A stretch of 64,000 nt of DNA from the human T2T-CHM13v2.0 reference genome, Homo sapiens (GCF_009914755.1 NC_060946.1), one strand, 5' to 3'. Numbered from the stretch's first letter, positions 28,829-46,327 are shown. Program-made: numbers and translations. Notes: generated from the sequence alone by a model not told the origin.

Positions 28829-29381
28829 TGTGCAGAAGAGTTAACACAGCAGGCCTGAGACTGCTATCCTTAGAAAGGCCTGCTTGCGAGGATGCCTTGG
28901 CTGGCCTCTGGGAACCTGGCTAGTAAACAGTTTCTTCCACTAATATAAAACTCTCTTAACGGAAGAAGAATGGCTCGTTGTGCCTATACTGTTGGTAGAA
29001 ACTATGTGGCTTATGCTGAACACTGCCTTCCTGGAATTGTGGTACGTGACAGACAGAGGTGTCTATGTGACGATCCCAATGAAAACTTTGAGGACTCCAG
29101 CTCTAATGGGCTTCCCTGGGCAGAAGCAACACACACATGTTGCTAGATTTTCATTGTAGGGGGATGAGTGGGTTCTGTATGACTCCTTATGGGAGGGAGG
29201 GGCATAAGGAAGTCTGCGTATGGATTCCTCCAAACTCTACCTTTTTCCCTTATAATCCAGCTCTATTTCCTTACTACATTACTGTAATAAATCATAGCGA
29301 GACTACACTTAAACGCAGAGACCTATGAGTTCTTCTAGCAAATCTTCTAACATGGGGGTGATCTTAGGAAGCCCCAACACA
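28829..29381 (+). mobile_element. MER21-family solo LTR
   Basis: tgtgcagaagagttaacacagcaggcctgagactgctatccttagaaaggcctgcttgc...ccccaacaca. Confidence 0.75.
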
Positions 29382-29616
29382 ATAGGAAATTTAAAAGTGC
29401 TTACTTAGCACAGCACCAGGTACACAGGAACCTTCCTATAAATGGTAGCTTTTAATGAACTTAGAAAATGTCAAGGTTGAGGTGGGGGAGGGGACTAGGA
29501 GGCGGTTGAAAAAGCAGACATCTGCCGGGTATGGTGGCTCACGCCTGTAATCCCAGCACTTTGGGAGGCCTTGTCGGGCGGATGACGAGGTCAGGAGATC
29601 AAGACCATCCTGGCTA

Positions 29617-29988
<372 letters not shown>

Positions 29989-30248
29989 CTAACAGGGCTG
30001 TGTTGAAACTTTGCTATCTTATTAGGATATGGCCCCTCACTCCCTGTAGATGTAGCTGAACACAAAAAGGGGATTAGGGGCCAGGCGCCATGGCTCATGC
30101 CTGTAATCCCAGCACTTTGGGAGGCCAAAGCAGGCGGATTATGAGGTCAGGAGGTTGAGACCAGCCTGACCAACATGGTGAAACCCTGTCTCTACTACAA
30201 ATACAAAAATTAGCCGGGCATGGTGGTACATGCCTGTAATCCCAGCTA

Positions 30249-30464
<216 letters not shown>

Positions 30465-30587
30465 TTAATGTTAAGGAGAGAAAAGAGAGAATGCCTTCAT
30501 GAAGGGGTGTCATAGCAAACAATAACATACCTAGGTGCCAGCGGAAAACATTTTTCTAGAATCGCTTTCCCCGGTGGAAAAAAGTCA

Positions 30588-30737
<150 letters not shown>

Positions 30738-31281
30738 TCAGGCAACGTTCTCAACATTTCCACCCGGCTTACATGATTTGGGGATGAGGAAGGACTTTCT
30801 TTTTTTATATATAGTTTTTGTTGTTGTTGTTGTTTAGAGACAAGGTTCTCACTGTGTTACCCAGGCTGGATTTGAACTCCTGGCTGAAGTGATCCTCTAA
30901 TCCACTTGCCTCAGCCTTCTCGGTAGCTGGGAATAGAGGTGTGTACCACTGCACTTGGCTATACTCTTTAATTTACACAATCTAAGAAGTAAAATGGGGC
31001 CGGGTGCGGTGGCTCACGCCTGTAATCACAACGCTTTGGGAGGCCGAGGCGGGTGGATCACCTGAGGTCAGGAGTTTGAGACCAGCCTGGCCAACATGGT
31101 GAAACTGTGTCTCTACTAAAAATAAAAAAAATAAAAAAAAATAGCTGGGTGTGGTGGTGCATGCCTGTAATCCCATTTACCTGGGAGGCTGAGGCAGGAG
31201 AAGCACTTGAACCAGGAGGACAGAGGTTGCAGTGAGCTGCGACCGTGCACTCCAGCCTGGGCGACAGAGAGACTCTGTCTC

Positions 31282-31345
<64 letters not shown>

Positions 31346-32161
31346 GTATATATATTCTATATATAGAGAGAGAAATTAGCTAGGTGTGGTGGTGCATGCC
31401 TGTAGTCCTAGCTACTCAGGAGGCTGAGGTAGGGGGATAGTTCAAGCCTAGGAATTTGAGGCTACAGTGAGTTATGATTGCACCACCCTGGCAGCAAAGC
31501 CAGACTCTGTTTCTAGAGAAAAGAAAACAAAGAAAGTCCTTCCTCATCCCTAAATCATGTAAGTATTCACTTATATTTTCTTCTAGCAATCCTTTTAGTA
31601 TATATATACATACATATATACCTATATAAAAAGTATATATGTGTAGTCACATTTTAAATTTTAAAATTATATGCTTATTTAAATACTACAGAAAAATATA
31701 AAATGGAAAGGGAGGCCGGGCGCAGTGGCTCATGCCTGTAATCCCAGCACTTTGGGAGGCCGAGGCAGGCAGATCACTTGAAATCAGGAGTTTGAGACCA
31801 GCCTGGCCAACATGGTGAAACCCTGTCTCTACTAAAAACACAAAAATTAGCCGGGTGTGGTGGTACGCACCTGTAATCCCAGCTACTCGGAAGGCTGAGG
31901 CAGGAGAATTGCTTGAACCCAGGAATTGGAAGTTGCAGTGAGTCGAGATCATACTACTGCACTCCAGCCTGGGCGACAGAGTGAGACTCTGTCTCAAAAT
32001 AAATAATAAAATGGAAAGGGAAAGTTTTTTTTTTGTTTGTTTGTTTTTTTGAGGCAGAGTCTCACTCTGTTGCCCAGGCTGTAGTGCAATGCTGCAATCT
32101 CGGTTCACTGCAACCTCCGCCTCCCGGGTTCATGTGAACCCTGCCTCAGCCTCCCGAGTAG

Positions 32162-32374
<213 letters not shown>

Positions 32375-32629
32375 TAAGAGTTTGGTAAATATTTTTCCAG
32401 GTTTTTTTTTTCTATTCATAGGTATATATATCATATAGAGTTGTACAAATTGCTTTGTTTTTCACTTAAATATATCATTGCATCTCCCGATCAGTATAAA
32501 TAGCTCTACTGTATTTTTGTAACTTCTGCATTGCAAGTCAGTGTATGGATTATGACAATTTACTAATTACTCCCTTATGTAAAGAATGTTTAAGACATTC
32601 TCTTGGCATCAGAAATGAACAGAAATCTA

Positions 32630-32797
<168 letters not shown>

Positions 32798-33186
32798 TTA
32801 CTAAAGTCCCTTGCTGAAACAACTGAGGGGCTGGGATTTTTAAATCAGTATTGTTTTCATTTCCAAGAATCTTATTCTCAAGATATTTAGCCTCATATGC
32901 TTTATGAAATAATGTGTTCATTTTTGGGGATAAGATGTACAAAGCACGTACACAGAGGCAGAGCGCTGTTGAAGACGGCACCCTAACACTGGCCCAGAAG
33001 TCCTGAGGTCTACTCTCAACCCTGCCTGTGACAGCTGTGCAACCAGCTCCTAAAGCCTGGGGGAGCCGCAGGGCATTGTGCAATGGCTGAAGCACAGGGT
33101 GTGTGGCTGAGGCATGGGACGGGAGGGGACTGGGTGACAGGGGAGGCTGTGGGGTGCTCCATGGGATCAGAGGGGCTTGTAGCTCA

Positions 33187-33378
<192 letters not shown>

Positions 33379-34073
33379 TCACATTATTATTATTGTTGTT
33401 ATCTTTTTAAAAATCCATCTGGAGTCAATGTATTTTAGAATGAACAGAAAAACCACCTAATCTGTTAGTGAGGCCCTACCCAGGTAATTTTACATACTCT
33501 CATTTAACCCCTATAATAGTCTTATGAGGAATACATCATTATCTCATAGATGAGGAAACCGAGGACCAAAGTGGCAAGTGGCTGAGCCAGGACTGGAACC
33601 CACAAATCTAGACTCTGGACAGCTGCTCCACACCAACTACCTCCAGCTCTCACCTCCTACACTCAGCCAACAGCAACTAATATCAACCAACGCAGTTAAC
33701 GGGCAAACATAAACCACTGAACTATAAGATTCTGCTGAGTTAGCAGTAAGCATGTGGAATTCTAAAGTTAAAATGGAATTATCCGTGAGCTCAGAGCAGC
33801 AGAGATGTAGCTTCCGTTGTCATACAACTGGGTCTTCACCCTTGCCCTGGCTCCAAAGCTCCCACTATAATAATATAACATGTACCATTTAGTGAACACT
33901 TCCTGTATCTGCCCCAGGGCTAACACCTCCTCTCACTTTATTTTCCACAATCTATGTGGTAGGTAGTACAGTTATCCTACTGTATAGAAGAGGAAAGTAA
34001 GGACTGAAAGGTCAGCATTCTTGCCTGAGCTTACATGGGCCAGGAGGTTCCAAAGCGAGTAGCCTGGGCCCAG

Positions 34074-34626
34074 ACTCACACACAGGTGCCTCTCCTTTAC
34101 CATCAGGAAGCGTGCCTCTTCTTTACCATCACTCACACACAGGTGCCTCTCCTTTACCATCAGGAAGCGTGCCTCTTCTTTACCATCACTCACACACAGG
34201 TGCCTCTCCTTTACCATCAGGAAGCGTGCCTCTTCTTTACCATCACTCACACACAGGTGCCTCTCCTTTACCATCAGGAAGCGTGCCTCTTCTTTAACCA
34301 TCACTCACACACAGGTGCCTCTCCTTTACCATCAGGAAGCGTGCCTCTTCTTTACCATCCATCACTCACACACAGGTGCCTCTCCTTTACCATCAGGAAG
34401 CGTGCCTCTTCTTTAACCATCACTCACACACAGGTGCCTCTCCTTTACCATCAGGAAGCGTGCCTCTTCTTTGCCATCACTCACACACAGGTGCCTCTCC
34501 TTTACCATCAGGAAGCGTGCCTCTTCTTTAACCATCACTCACACACAGGTGCCTCTCCTTTACCATCAGGAAGCGTGCCTCTTCTTTACCCGCACTCACA
34601 CACAGGTGCCTCTCCTTTACCATCAG
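34074..34626. repeat. VNTR, about 9.6 copies of a 57-bp unit
   Basis: Unit actcacacacaggtgcctctcctttaccatcaggaagcgtgcctcttctttaccatc with small indels. Confidence 0.97.
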
Positions 34627-35382
34627 CCATCTCTGGGATGCAGACGGAAAGACCCGGTGGCATTGCCCTGCAGCCTCCGCACAGGTAAGATCGACATGCA
34701 TGGATAAACGAGCCTCATCCACTCGTAAGGAGCTCTCTGAGCCCCGCTCTTTGCTTTGTCTTTCTCACTTTTCCTCGTGTTTCTTCAGACTGGCAGTCTA
34801 GTGGAGTGATTAAGAGCACAGACTTGGGTGCCAGACTGCCTGGATTCAAATCCAGCTCTTTCACTTATTGGCTGTGTGACTTTGAGCAAAGTTACTGAAC
34901 CCCTCTGTGCTCGATTCTTTCACAAAACACATGGAGATGGTCATGGTCCCCGCCTCAAGGACTGTTGTGGAGGTTCGATGAGTGGTTCCTATTAGGGCTT
35001 AGAACACTGCCAGGCATTCAGGAAACACTTGACAGGAGTATACTAGTTACTGATTGTTTATTCATTCACACTCCTCCCACCTTTCAAAAAGGATTTCATG
35101 TCAGCTCTTCAACAAATATTTATTGAGCACCTCCAGGTGCTCAAGATGATGCCATAGACTCCCTGCCCTCCAGGGTTTCACAGATAAAGAGACATTTACA
35201 ACAGTGTGATAGGATCCCCGGGACAAGGCATCCCAGGGGGATGTGGAGCCCAGAGAGGGCATCTCATCTGCGCTTCAGGTCTCGGGACAGTGTTACGAGT
35301 AAAAATAACTGGATGGCCAGGCGCAGTGGCTCACGCCTGTAATCCCAACACTTTGGGAGGCCGAGGCAGGTGGATCACCTCA

Positions 35383-35559
<177 letters not shown>

Positions 35560-35627
35560 CTACTCCAGCCTGGGCGACAGAGCGAGTGTCTTACTCAAAA
35601 AAACAAAACAAAACAAAAACTGGATGA

Positions 35628-35970
35628 TGCAGCCATAAAAAAAGAATGATATCGTGTCCTTTGCAGCAACATAGATGGAGCTGGAGGCACTATCCTAAGT
35701 GATCTAACTCAAACAGAAAACAAAATACTGCATGTTCTCACTTATAAGTGGGAGCTGAACACTGGGTACGCGTGGACATAAAGATGGAAACAATAGACAC
35801 GGGGGACTCTCAAAAGGGGGAGGATGATGAGGACGAGGGTTGAAAAATAACTTGTCTGGTACAATGTTTGTTATTTGGGAAATGGGTTCACTAGAAGCCC
35901 AATCCTCACCAGTATGCAATATACTCATGTCACACACATGCACAGGTACCCTCGAGTCAAAAATAAAATA
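35628..35970 (+). mobile_element. L1 3' end fragment (L1PB/L1MA-like)
   Basis: gcagccataaaaaagaatga...gcatgttctcacttataagtgggagctgaac. Confidence 0.8.
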
Positions 35971-36674
35971 TGATGTAAGAAAATAACTGCATGATGAAGG
36001 GAGAGCTGAGAGCTCCTCAGAGACGGGGAAAGCGTGTGCAGAGGCTATGGAAGCACTTGACACATGTGGGGTACTCCAAGGGGTTTCTGTGCAGTGGAAG
36101 CACTGGGTGCAGGTGGCGAAAGAGCAAGCAGGAGCCAGGCTATGAGGCGCCTGGTGCCGGGACTGGGAGCGGTTCTGAAACTGGACAGGGGGAGAAAAGG
36201 TACTGGTGCTGAGACATTTTCAACAGGGCAGAACACTGTGACATTGGTGTTCTAGAAAGATCCCTGGTGGCAGTGTACAAGACGCACTGGAGGGGATTAG
36301 AACTGCAAGGCAGACAGCGCTGGGCAGAAGACACAGTAACCCAGACAGGAAGTTGTGGTGCCTGAACTTGACAGTGGCCAGTGGGAAGGGGAGGAGACAC
36401 AGGAAAGACGGTAGTTAAATCTTCCTAAGAGTGCGCAGAGGTAGAGATGAGGGTAAGGGAGGAGACTGGCTGATGCCCAGGTGGAAAGCTGTGTTTTCAA
36501 CAAGACGGCGAGCCCTGGAGGAAAAGCAGAACGGATGGGTATGAGAGCCTGAGGGGCACTGAGGTTAGATAGAGGCAGAGGGATGGAGCGATATGGGAGT
36601 CTGCAGTGTAGTGAAGGCCTTGGAGGAAGTGACACAATTCTGAAGTAGTGATTGGTCTCATGTGGGAATATGAT

Positions 36675-37025
36675 TGCTATGGTCTGAATGTGTTCCCCAA
36701 AGTTCATGTACTAGAAACTTAATCCCCAGTGCAACAGTGTTGGAAGCTGGGGCCTAAGAAGAGGTGACTGGGTTAGAGGGCTCCACCCTCATGAATGGAT
36801 TAATGTGGTTATCTGGAGGTGGGTCAGTTACAAAAGCAATTTCAGTCCTTTCGCCCCCTCTCTTCCATCTTCTACCATGGGATAACACAGCACGAAGGCC
36901 CTCACCAGATGTGGCCCCTTGATCTTGAACCTGCCAGCCTCCAGAACTGAAAGAAATAAATCTCTGTTCTTTATAAATTACCAGTCTCAGATATTCTGTG
37001 ATAGCAGCACAAAGAGACTAAGACA
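36675..37025 (+). mobile_element. MaLR LTR (MST family)
   Basis: tgctatggtctgaatgtgttccccaaagttcatg...gatagcagcacaaagagactaagaca. Confidence 0.85.
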
Positions 37026-37831
37026 ATGACCAAGGTCCACCTGCCCCCTAGGGTTTGTGCAGAGAGAGACGACAGAGAGTAGAAGGGAGGGGTCCCAAAG
37101 AACATGGGTGATAAAGGGGCCTGGGACACCAAGATAGTGCTGTTTGCATAGAGGGAGAATGACCCACCAAAACCAAAGGGGAAAGAACTTCAAAATGCAG
37201 GGAGTTGTCCTCTGGGTCAGTTCTACCAGAGGTCATCTAATAACAACAGAAACACAGTCTTTAGATTCGACAAGGTGAAAGCTAATGATTGACTCGGGAC
37301 ACTTTCAGCAGTGGGTGAGGGTGGGAACCCAGGCTACAGCTGGATGAAGAGAATGGAGATGAGAACATGAAGCCAGCATATGTGGACAGCTCCTCCAAGA
37401 AGTCCCAGGCGAGGGCTGGTGCGGAGCTGAGAAGGCACTCCCAGATGGGGCAAGGTGGGAAAGGCTTTTGTCCTTGTGGAGCTCAGGGTTGCTGGCAGCC
37501 CCCAGACTCTCTAAAGCAGAGGCACAGCTGATGCCAAGAGTGAGGGGAGGTAACGGAGGAGAGGATTTGAGGAGGTGAGTGAAAGTTTGACATGGCCCCT
37601 AAGCAGAGTAGAAGAAGGTCCTTTCGAAGACGGGGCACAAATTTGCTTTGAGTTTCCTGGGAGCCAAAGAAAAGCAAGAAACAGTATCAGCTGTAAGGCT
37701 GAAACCATTCCGGGAGTTGCACAGTTTTATTTGTAGTAAGTCTGAAGGAAAACGTTCCTCATAGGACCTCAAAAATGGGGCATTAAATAACATAGCAGTC
37801 TGTCCTTGGGGGCTTTCCACCCCGCAAATGA

Positions 37832-38092
<261 letters not shown>

Positions 38093-40311
38093 TGAGTAGC
38101 TGGGATTACAGGTGTGCGTCACCACGCCTGGCTAATTTTTGTATTTTTAGTAGAGACAGGGTTTCACCACATTGGCCAGGGTGGTCTTGATCTCCTGATC
38201 TCGTGATCCAACCACCTTTGCCTCCCAAAGTGCTGGGATTACAGGCGTAAGCCACTGTGCCCGGCCTATCATCTTATAACCTTGTAACTCAGAGACCAGT
38301 GGTAATATCTATGTATTTCATTTAAAATTTTCCCACGTGTGCACTTACATAGATTGAATTATTGGCCAGGTGTGGTGGCTCACACCTGTGATCCCAGCAC
38401 TTTGGGAGGCGGAGGCAGGTGGACCACTTGAGGTCAGGAGTTCAAGACCAGCTTGGCAAACATGGGGAAACCCTGTCTCTACTAAAAATACAAAAAATTA
38501 GCCAGGCATGGTGGCTGCATATCTGTAGTCCCAGCTACTCAGGGAGGCTGAGACAGGAGAAGTGCTCGAACCCAGGAAGGGGAGGTTGCAGTGAGCTGAG
38601 ACTGTGCAACAGCACTCCAGCCTGGGAGACAGAGCAAGACTCTGTCTCAAAAAAAAAAAAAAAAAAAAAAAGATTGAATTGTAGAGAGTTTTCCATACTG
38701 ATACTTTTCATTCAACAACACAGCATGAAATGTTAACATACACTCTTTATAAACATTCACTTTTATCATCACATTTTATCATGGCTACACAGTCCATGAT
38801 ATAGATGTCAAAAATGACCATGCTGTTCCTCTATTATTGACCATTAAACTGTTTCTAATAACACTAATCATACAAACTACCGTTTTCTTAGAATTTATGA
38901 CTTTTAGCACTGTGCTAGGCACCTTTACATGCATTATCTTATTTATTTCACAATAACACCTCAAGGTAGAGACTGATTTTATCTCCATTTTACAGGAGAA
39001 GAAATTAAAGCTCAGAGAGGCGCTTAACCACCCAGATGTACTGCTTTCCACTTCCTTGCTATTGTAACGAACACTGTGGTGAGCATCTTTGTACACTGTC
39101 CTGTAGGGAACGTGATGCTCTGAGCACCTGTCCCTCCTACTGCCTCTCCCGAGGAAAGCAGGAGCAAAGGGAATCAGGTACCCAACACCTGGGCCACCGC
39201 TGCCAGGCCCAGAGACCAGCGCCCCTTCCACTGACTGACTGCAGGCCATGCCAGCAAACAGCACTGTCATTCTGGGCAGTGACTGGCCCAAACAGATCAT
39301 CTCTCTTAGGAAGTCCGAATGTAAGAAACAGATGGGACCGACATAGCCCAGAGAGAAGGCAGCAGGAAGAAGCCATGAAGAAGAGAGGAGGGGGTCGGGC
39401 GCAGTGGCTCACACCTGTAATCCCAGCACTTTGGGAGGCTGAGGCGGGCGGATCACAAGGTCAGGAGATCGAGAACAGCCTGGCCAACAGTGAAACCCCC
39501 GTTTCTAATAAAAATACAAATATTAGCTGGGTGTGGTGGCACATGCCTGTAATCTCAGGCAGGGGAATCGCCTGAATCAGGGAGCGGAGCTTGCAGTGAG
39601 CTGAGATCGCGCCACTGCACTCTGTCCAGCCTGGCGACAGAGCGAGACTCTGTCTCAAAAAAAAAAAAAAAAAAAAGGAAGGAAGGGCATGGGGAGAAGG
39701 AGAGGGAGACAGAGATAGAGAGATGGGGTGTGGCTCAAAGCAGCAGTGAGAACTACAGGTAGAACAGACTGAGATGCTGGGTCTCAGGAATGGTGGGGTG
39801 ACTGGTTAGGAGCTCAGGGGACAATGATCAGAGCTGCTTTGGGGACAAGAGTTATGTGATGAAGAGCCATGAGGCACAGCTGTACAGTGGCCGAGACCAT
39901 TTCCTGGGCTTCCTCCCTTCTCCAAGACCTCCCTACAAGGATCTCCCATCTCCAGAGTTGCCAGTGTTTGTGTCGCCTGAGCAAACAGGTTCCTCTGGGC
40001 CTTAGAATACTTCCTTGCTTTCTTCCCAAGGAACCCAGCATGCTCTAGTGCGCAGCTCTGCAAGGAAGCATACTCACCCCCAGAGGCATGAGAAGAAAAT
40101 ATTCTAACTAATGTCTACATAAGAAAGAAAAGCAATTGGCTGGGCATAGTGGTTCACACCTGTAATCCCAGCACTTTGGGAGGCCGAGGATGGGGAGGGG
40201 AAGATGGCTTGAGCCCTGGAGTTGGAGAATAGCCTGGGCAACCTAGCAAGACCTCCTCTCTACAAAAAAATTTTTTTAAAAACTAGCCAGTGTGGTGGTG
40301 CATGCTATTCA

Positions 40312-40563
<252 letters not shown>

Positions 40564-40858
40564 TTAAGCATACTCATATGCATTGTAGTGATTGGCAACA
40601 GAATAAGTATATAATTTATAAACAGACACGTTTCAATGAGGGTTTGTGATAAAAATTGCACACCAGTAGGATATGTGATCAAAACAGTCTGAAGACTGTT
40701 GCTCTGGTAGAAGGAATCTAGGTTTTGCAGTGAGGTTGGGCTAGGGTTCCTAGCTCAGCTCAGACACCTGCAAGTCTGTGGCCCTAGGTGAGTTCCTCAG
40801 TTTCTCCTGGGGTGTGAAAGGGTGACAGCTGCATTTGCCCCATGGGTTGGCAAACTCA

Positions 40859-41062
<204 letters not shown>

Positions 41063-42450
41063 TCACATTTTGACAGTGTGAAACAATAGGCTAGCTTCCC
41101 CTCTTTATTATGAAGACAATATAACAACCTTATAGAATGTTGAGAAAATGAGGGGTGTTTAGGATCCTAGGACCCCTTCCAAACTCCTATCTACATTATT
41201 TCTTTTTTTTTTTTTTTTTGAGACGAAATTTCACTCTTGTTGTCCAGGCTGGAGTGCAATGGTATGATCTCGACTCACTGCAACCTCTGCCTCCTGGTTC
41301 AAGCAATTCTCCTGCCTCAGCCTCCTGAGTAGCTGGGATTACAGGTGCCCGCCACCATGCCCAGCTAATTTTTTGTATTTTTGGTAGAGACAGGGTTTCT
41401 ACTAAAAACTGTTGGCCAGGCTGGTCTTGAACTCTTGACATCAGGTGATCCACCTGCCTCAGCCTCCTAAAGTGCTATCTACATTATTTCTGTTTTCCCT
41501 TATATGATTTGAGGAAATGTACACGAACACAAATACGTAACTTCAATCGTAATATGATTTATATATGATTCGTCTGGCTGACTTTGATCGTTCTAAGAAG
41601 TAAAATATATATGTGATTTTTATGTCCTGCTTTATCTACTTCACTTTAGATTTTCATGTAGTTATGTTGTCTTCAGAATTATCATTTAAGATGATATATC
41701 CTGTTAAGACGTGCTATAATTTAATTAACTACTCACTGATTACTTCCAATTACTACTAATATCACGAATAGCTTGGAGCATGTAGTTCCCCTCCCTTTGG
41801 GGTTATTTAGTGTGAATTTCTTAAAATGCTAATATTGGATATTACTATCTTTGTGGTTAATATATATCATTAAATGATTTTTAGGATAAAACTAAAACAT
41901 GATGACTATAAAAAATGTAAAAATATGGAAAATAGGAAACTAATTACCGCCACCCAAAGGTGCCCACTGAAACACCTGGATGGCCCAGCTGACTTCCTAA
42001 CTGGGCTCTGGCCATGGTCAATGAAAGAACAGTTCATGATTCACGGCACTGACTCTGAGTTAGATGACTGCAGTCAGGTGGCAGCTCCGCCATGTGCTGG
42101 CTGTGCCACCTTTGCAGGACACTTAGCTCAGCCACCATCAATGGATTGTATGACAGTTCCAATGCAGACCCACACCTCCCTTAGGCCTTGTGCTGTTTTG
42201 GAATTTCCTAGGCTAAAAGGTGTTAAGAAGGATAAGAACAACATACTGTTTCAGATTCCCTAGCAGTTAAAGGTTTGGATACTTAAGACCTAGGCAGTGT
42301 AAAGAACAAGCTAAGGGCTGGGCACGGTGGCTCACACCTGTAATCCCAGCACTTTGGGAGGCTGAGATGGACAGATCACTTGAGGTCAAGAGTTCGAGAC
42401 CAGCCTAGCCAACATGGTGAAACCCCATCTCTACCAAAAATGCAAATTTA

Positions 42451-42735
<285 letters not shown>

Positions 42736-43134
42736 TCAGTGAGCTGCATGACCCTGTGACAAGTCACCTTCTGCTCCTGAATCTCAGCTTCCTGAGGCAT
42801 CCGCAGCAACTCTGCAGTGGTACAACTAGCATGGGGTGTGACTCAGAGCAGCTGCACAGGAGCCTGCAGTGTGGACAGCCCCTTGAAGCTGCATGGCACA
42901 GTGGCTCTGGATTAGACCTGAACATCTCTGAGCAGAGACACCTTCTAAGTTCTAAAAATAAACAGACACATGACCTCTGTCACCTTCCCTATTCTGAGGC
43001 TGGGGTCAGCTCTGCTGTTGTAAGGGTGTTATGAGAAATTCTAGATTCAGGAGCTCTGCGATTTTTCCTTCATAATCACTACCCAGGCACCAAGTATTCT
43101 CCTCCCCAGGAATAAAATCTTTATTTCATGCCTA

Positions 43135-43317
<183 letters not shown>

Positions 43318-43542
43318 TTACAACTGTGCTTTTTCATTCCACTTGAGCTGCCAGAGGACACTCCTACTACTAGTCTCATAGGTCCCAACTGTGTTGCCGA
43401 CTTATCTGATTAGACCACTTGATCCAGAGAAGCAGCAAGGAGGAGCAGACAGACTGTGACTTTAGGTAAGTTACTCCCCTCCCTCCAAGGCTGTTTCCTC
43501 ATCTATAAAATATATTAAATGGTACCTACTTCCCAGGTGTTA

Positions 43543-43950
<408 letters not shown>

Positions 43951-44085
43951 TCAGATTTAAGGCTCCTTCAGAAGAAGACAGAAACATCCTCATCTGAAAC
44001 TTGGGATTCCTACTCAGTTGCATTTTAGATACTAAAAAAACAAACCCCATGAAAAGAGCATCAAGGCTGAGGGAAAGGTTTTTGC

Positions 44086-44155
44086 CTTTGTCTTCTGGAC
44101 TGCTGCGAGTTTTCTCTCTTAAAGCCTTCTTCTCCAACTCAAATCTCTCAATTGC
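44086..44155 (-). CDS. FAM227A: FAM227A coding exon 3 (AIERFELEKKALREKTRSSPEDK)
   Basis: ttttcttggtttttgaAG acceptor; 70 nt; frame continuity with the next exon requires a GC donor (AAG|GCAAAA). Confidence 0.85.
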
Positions 44156-44426
44156 CTTCAAAAACCAAGAAAAAGGGGGGCATTAGGGATTAATGCAAAT
44201 CCTGGAGAAGGGTGGGGTTAGGGTCTAGGCGTTTCCTCTTGTTGGTGCACAAAAGACCTGGAGCAAAGTTTGTGGACAGTGCCTTGTCTTTCCAGGTGGT
44301 AGGTCCTGGTGGCCTCAGTGTCACTGACATCATCCCCCAGAGTGTCCCCACTGTCTCACACTGCCCCTTCTTCTAGGAGTATGTGATTTAGAGCAGGAAT
44401 TAGAAATTAAACAAGCTATTGTTTAA

Positions 44427-44669
<243 letters not shown>

Positions 44670-45858
44670 TAGCCAGGATGGTCTTGATCTCCTGACCTCC
44701 TCATCCGCCCACCTCGGCCTCCCAAAGTGCTGGGATTACAGGTGTGAGCCACCACGTCCAGCCTCTTCTAGGGTTCTTATAAGGGTCAAAAATAAAGTGT
44801 TTAATGTATTTTAAAACACTGGCAAAGAGGCTACCAGATAGGAGCTGTTCAATAAGGGGTCTCTATTATCTACCCTTGACCTCTCAAGAGAGACTTCTCT
44901 TGATCTCTGACTCTTCCCCACCCCCATCCTCCTACGCCCCTGAAAAGGAAGACAGAAAAATGAATGCTAGTGACCCAAGTTGCATTGATTGTCAACCAAG
45001 AGTCCAGCAATGAGCTTGGATAACAAAGTTAACAAACAAGTATGAGTCTGTGTTTTTGCCCTCAAGGGACTTACACTCTATTTGGAGAGCCAAATCAGCA
45101 CTCGTGGAACAATTAAATGCTAAACTGCTGTGATTACGAATCAAAGTGAGGTCAACGTGGGCCAGAGCAGTCACAGAGGACTGTCCAGAAGAGGCGGACA
45201 TGAGTGTTGGTGGCATCAGGCTCCTGAGCTTGATAAACTGGGAAATACCTCTCCAGGCCTCCCCCATCTTTCCCTTGCATCAGCACTCCCTGGTCTGCAT
45301 GAGTGAAAGGTACTGGGCATGTGTGCAGGGGTGTGTGTATGTGTGTGTGCCAGTGGTGGGGGGGCGGTCACAGGGGTTAGTCTATGTATTAACATTGTTG
45401 CTCCAATTAAGTAAGCTGAAATTTAAGGCATGAGGAATGAATTGGATGGGTATGAGTCACTGTAGCAATATAGCAATATCTCTGATCTTTACCAATGTCA
45501 TTATAGCAGACACTGTATGGCCTGGAAGGATGGATAAGATTTGCACAGAAAGAGGGGAGAAAGGATAGTTGAATGCTGAAAGAAGAGCAAGTTTTGGGGG
45601 GAAAGATGGTAAGACCAGCACTGGGCTGAGTTTACCTTTGAGATGACTTCAGGGCCTACAAGCAGGGCTGTTCTCCAGGAAGGCAACTCCCAAACCGGAC
45701 CAATGACCGGCATTTTGGGGAAGTATTCAAATACACAGATTCCCGGGCCTTTGCATTAGAGATGCTTATTTCCTGGGTCTGCATTGGGTCCTGAATTTTT
45801 TATGCATTTATAGTGGCTCCTGAATAAAAAATTAGCCGGGCGTGGTGGCACGTGCCTA

Positions 45859-46216
<358 letters not shown>

Positions 46217-46289
46217 CTTAAGTGCAGTTAAAAATAAGAAACAAATACACGACATTGCCAAAACCCAAAATAGCCAAAAAGACACTTAC

Positions 46290-46327
46290 AGATGATTCAC
46301 GCCTGTGTTCTTCCATCTTGTGGGAGC
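46290..46327 (-). other. Candidate hidden exon A (38 nt; APTRWKNTGVNH)
   Basis: tagcAG acceptor and perfect GTAAGT donor; phase 0 entry fits the upstream coding exon. Confidence 0.5.

Noticed and set aside
33972-34722. ORFs of up to 217 aa with repeated peptides
   Set aside because: A by-product of the 57-bp (19-codon) VNTR being open in several frames on both strands; no supporting gene structure.
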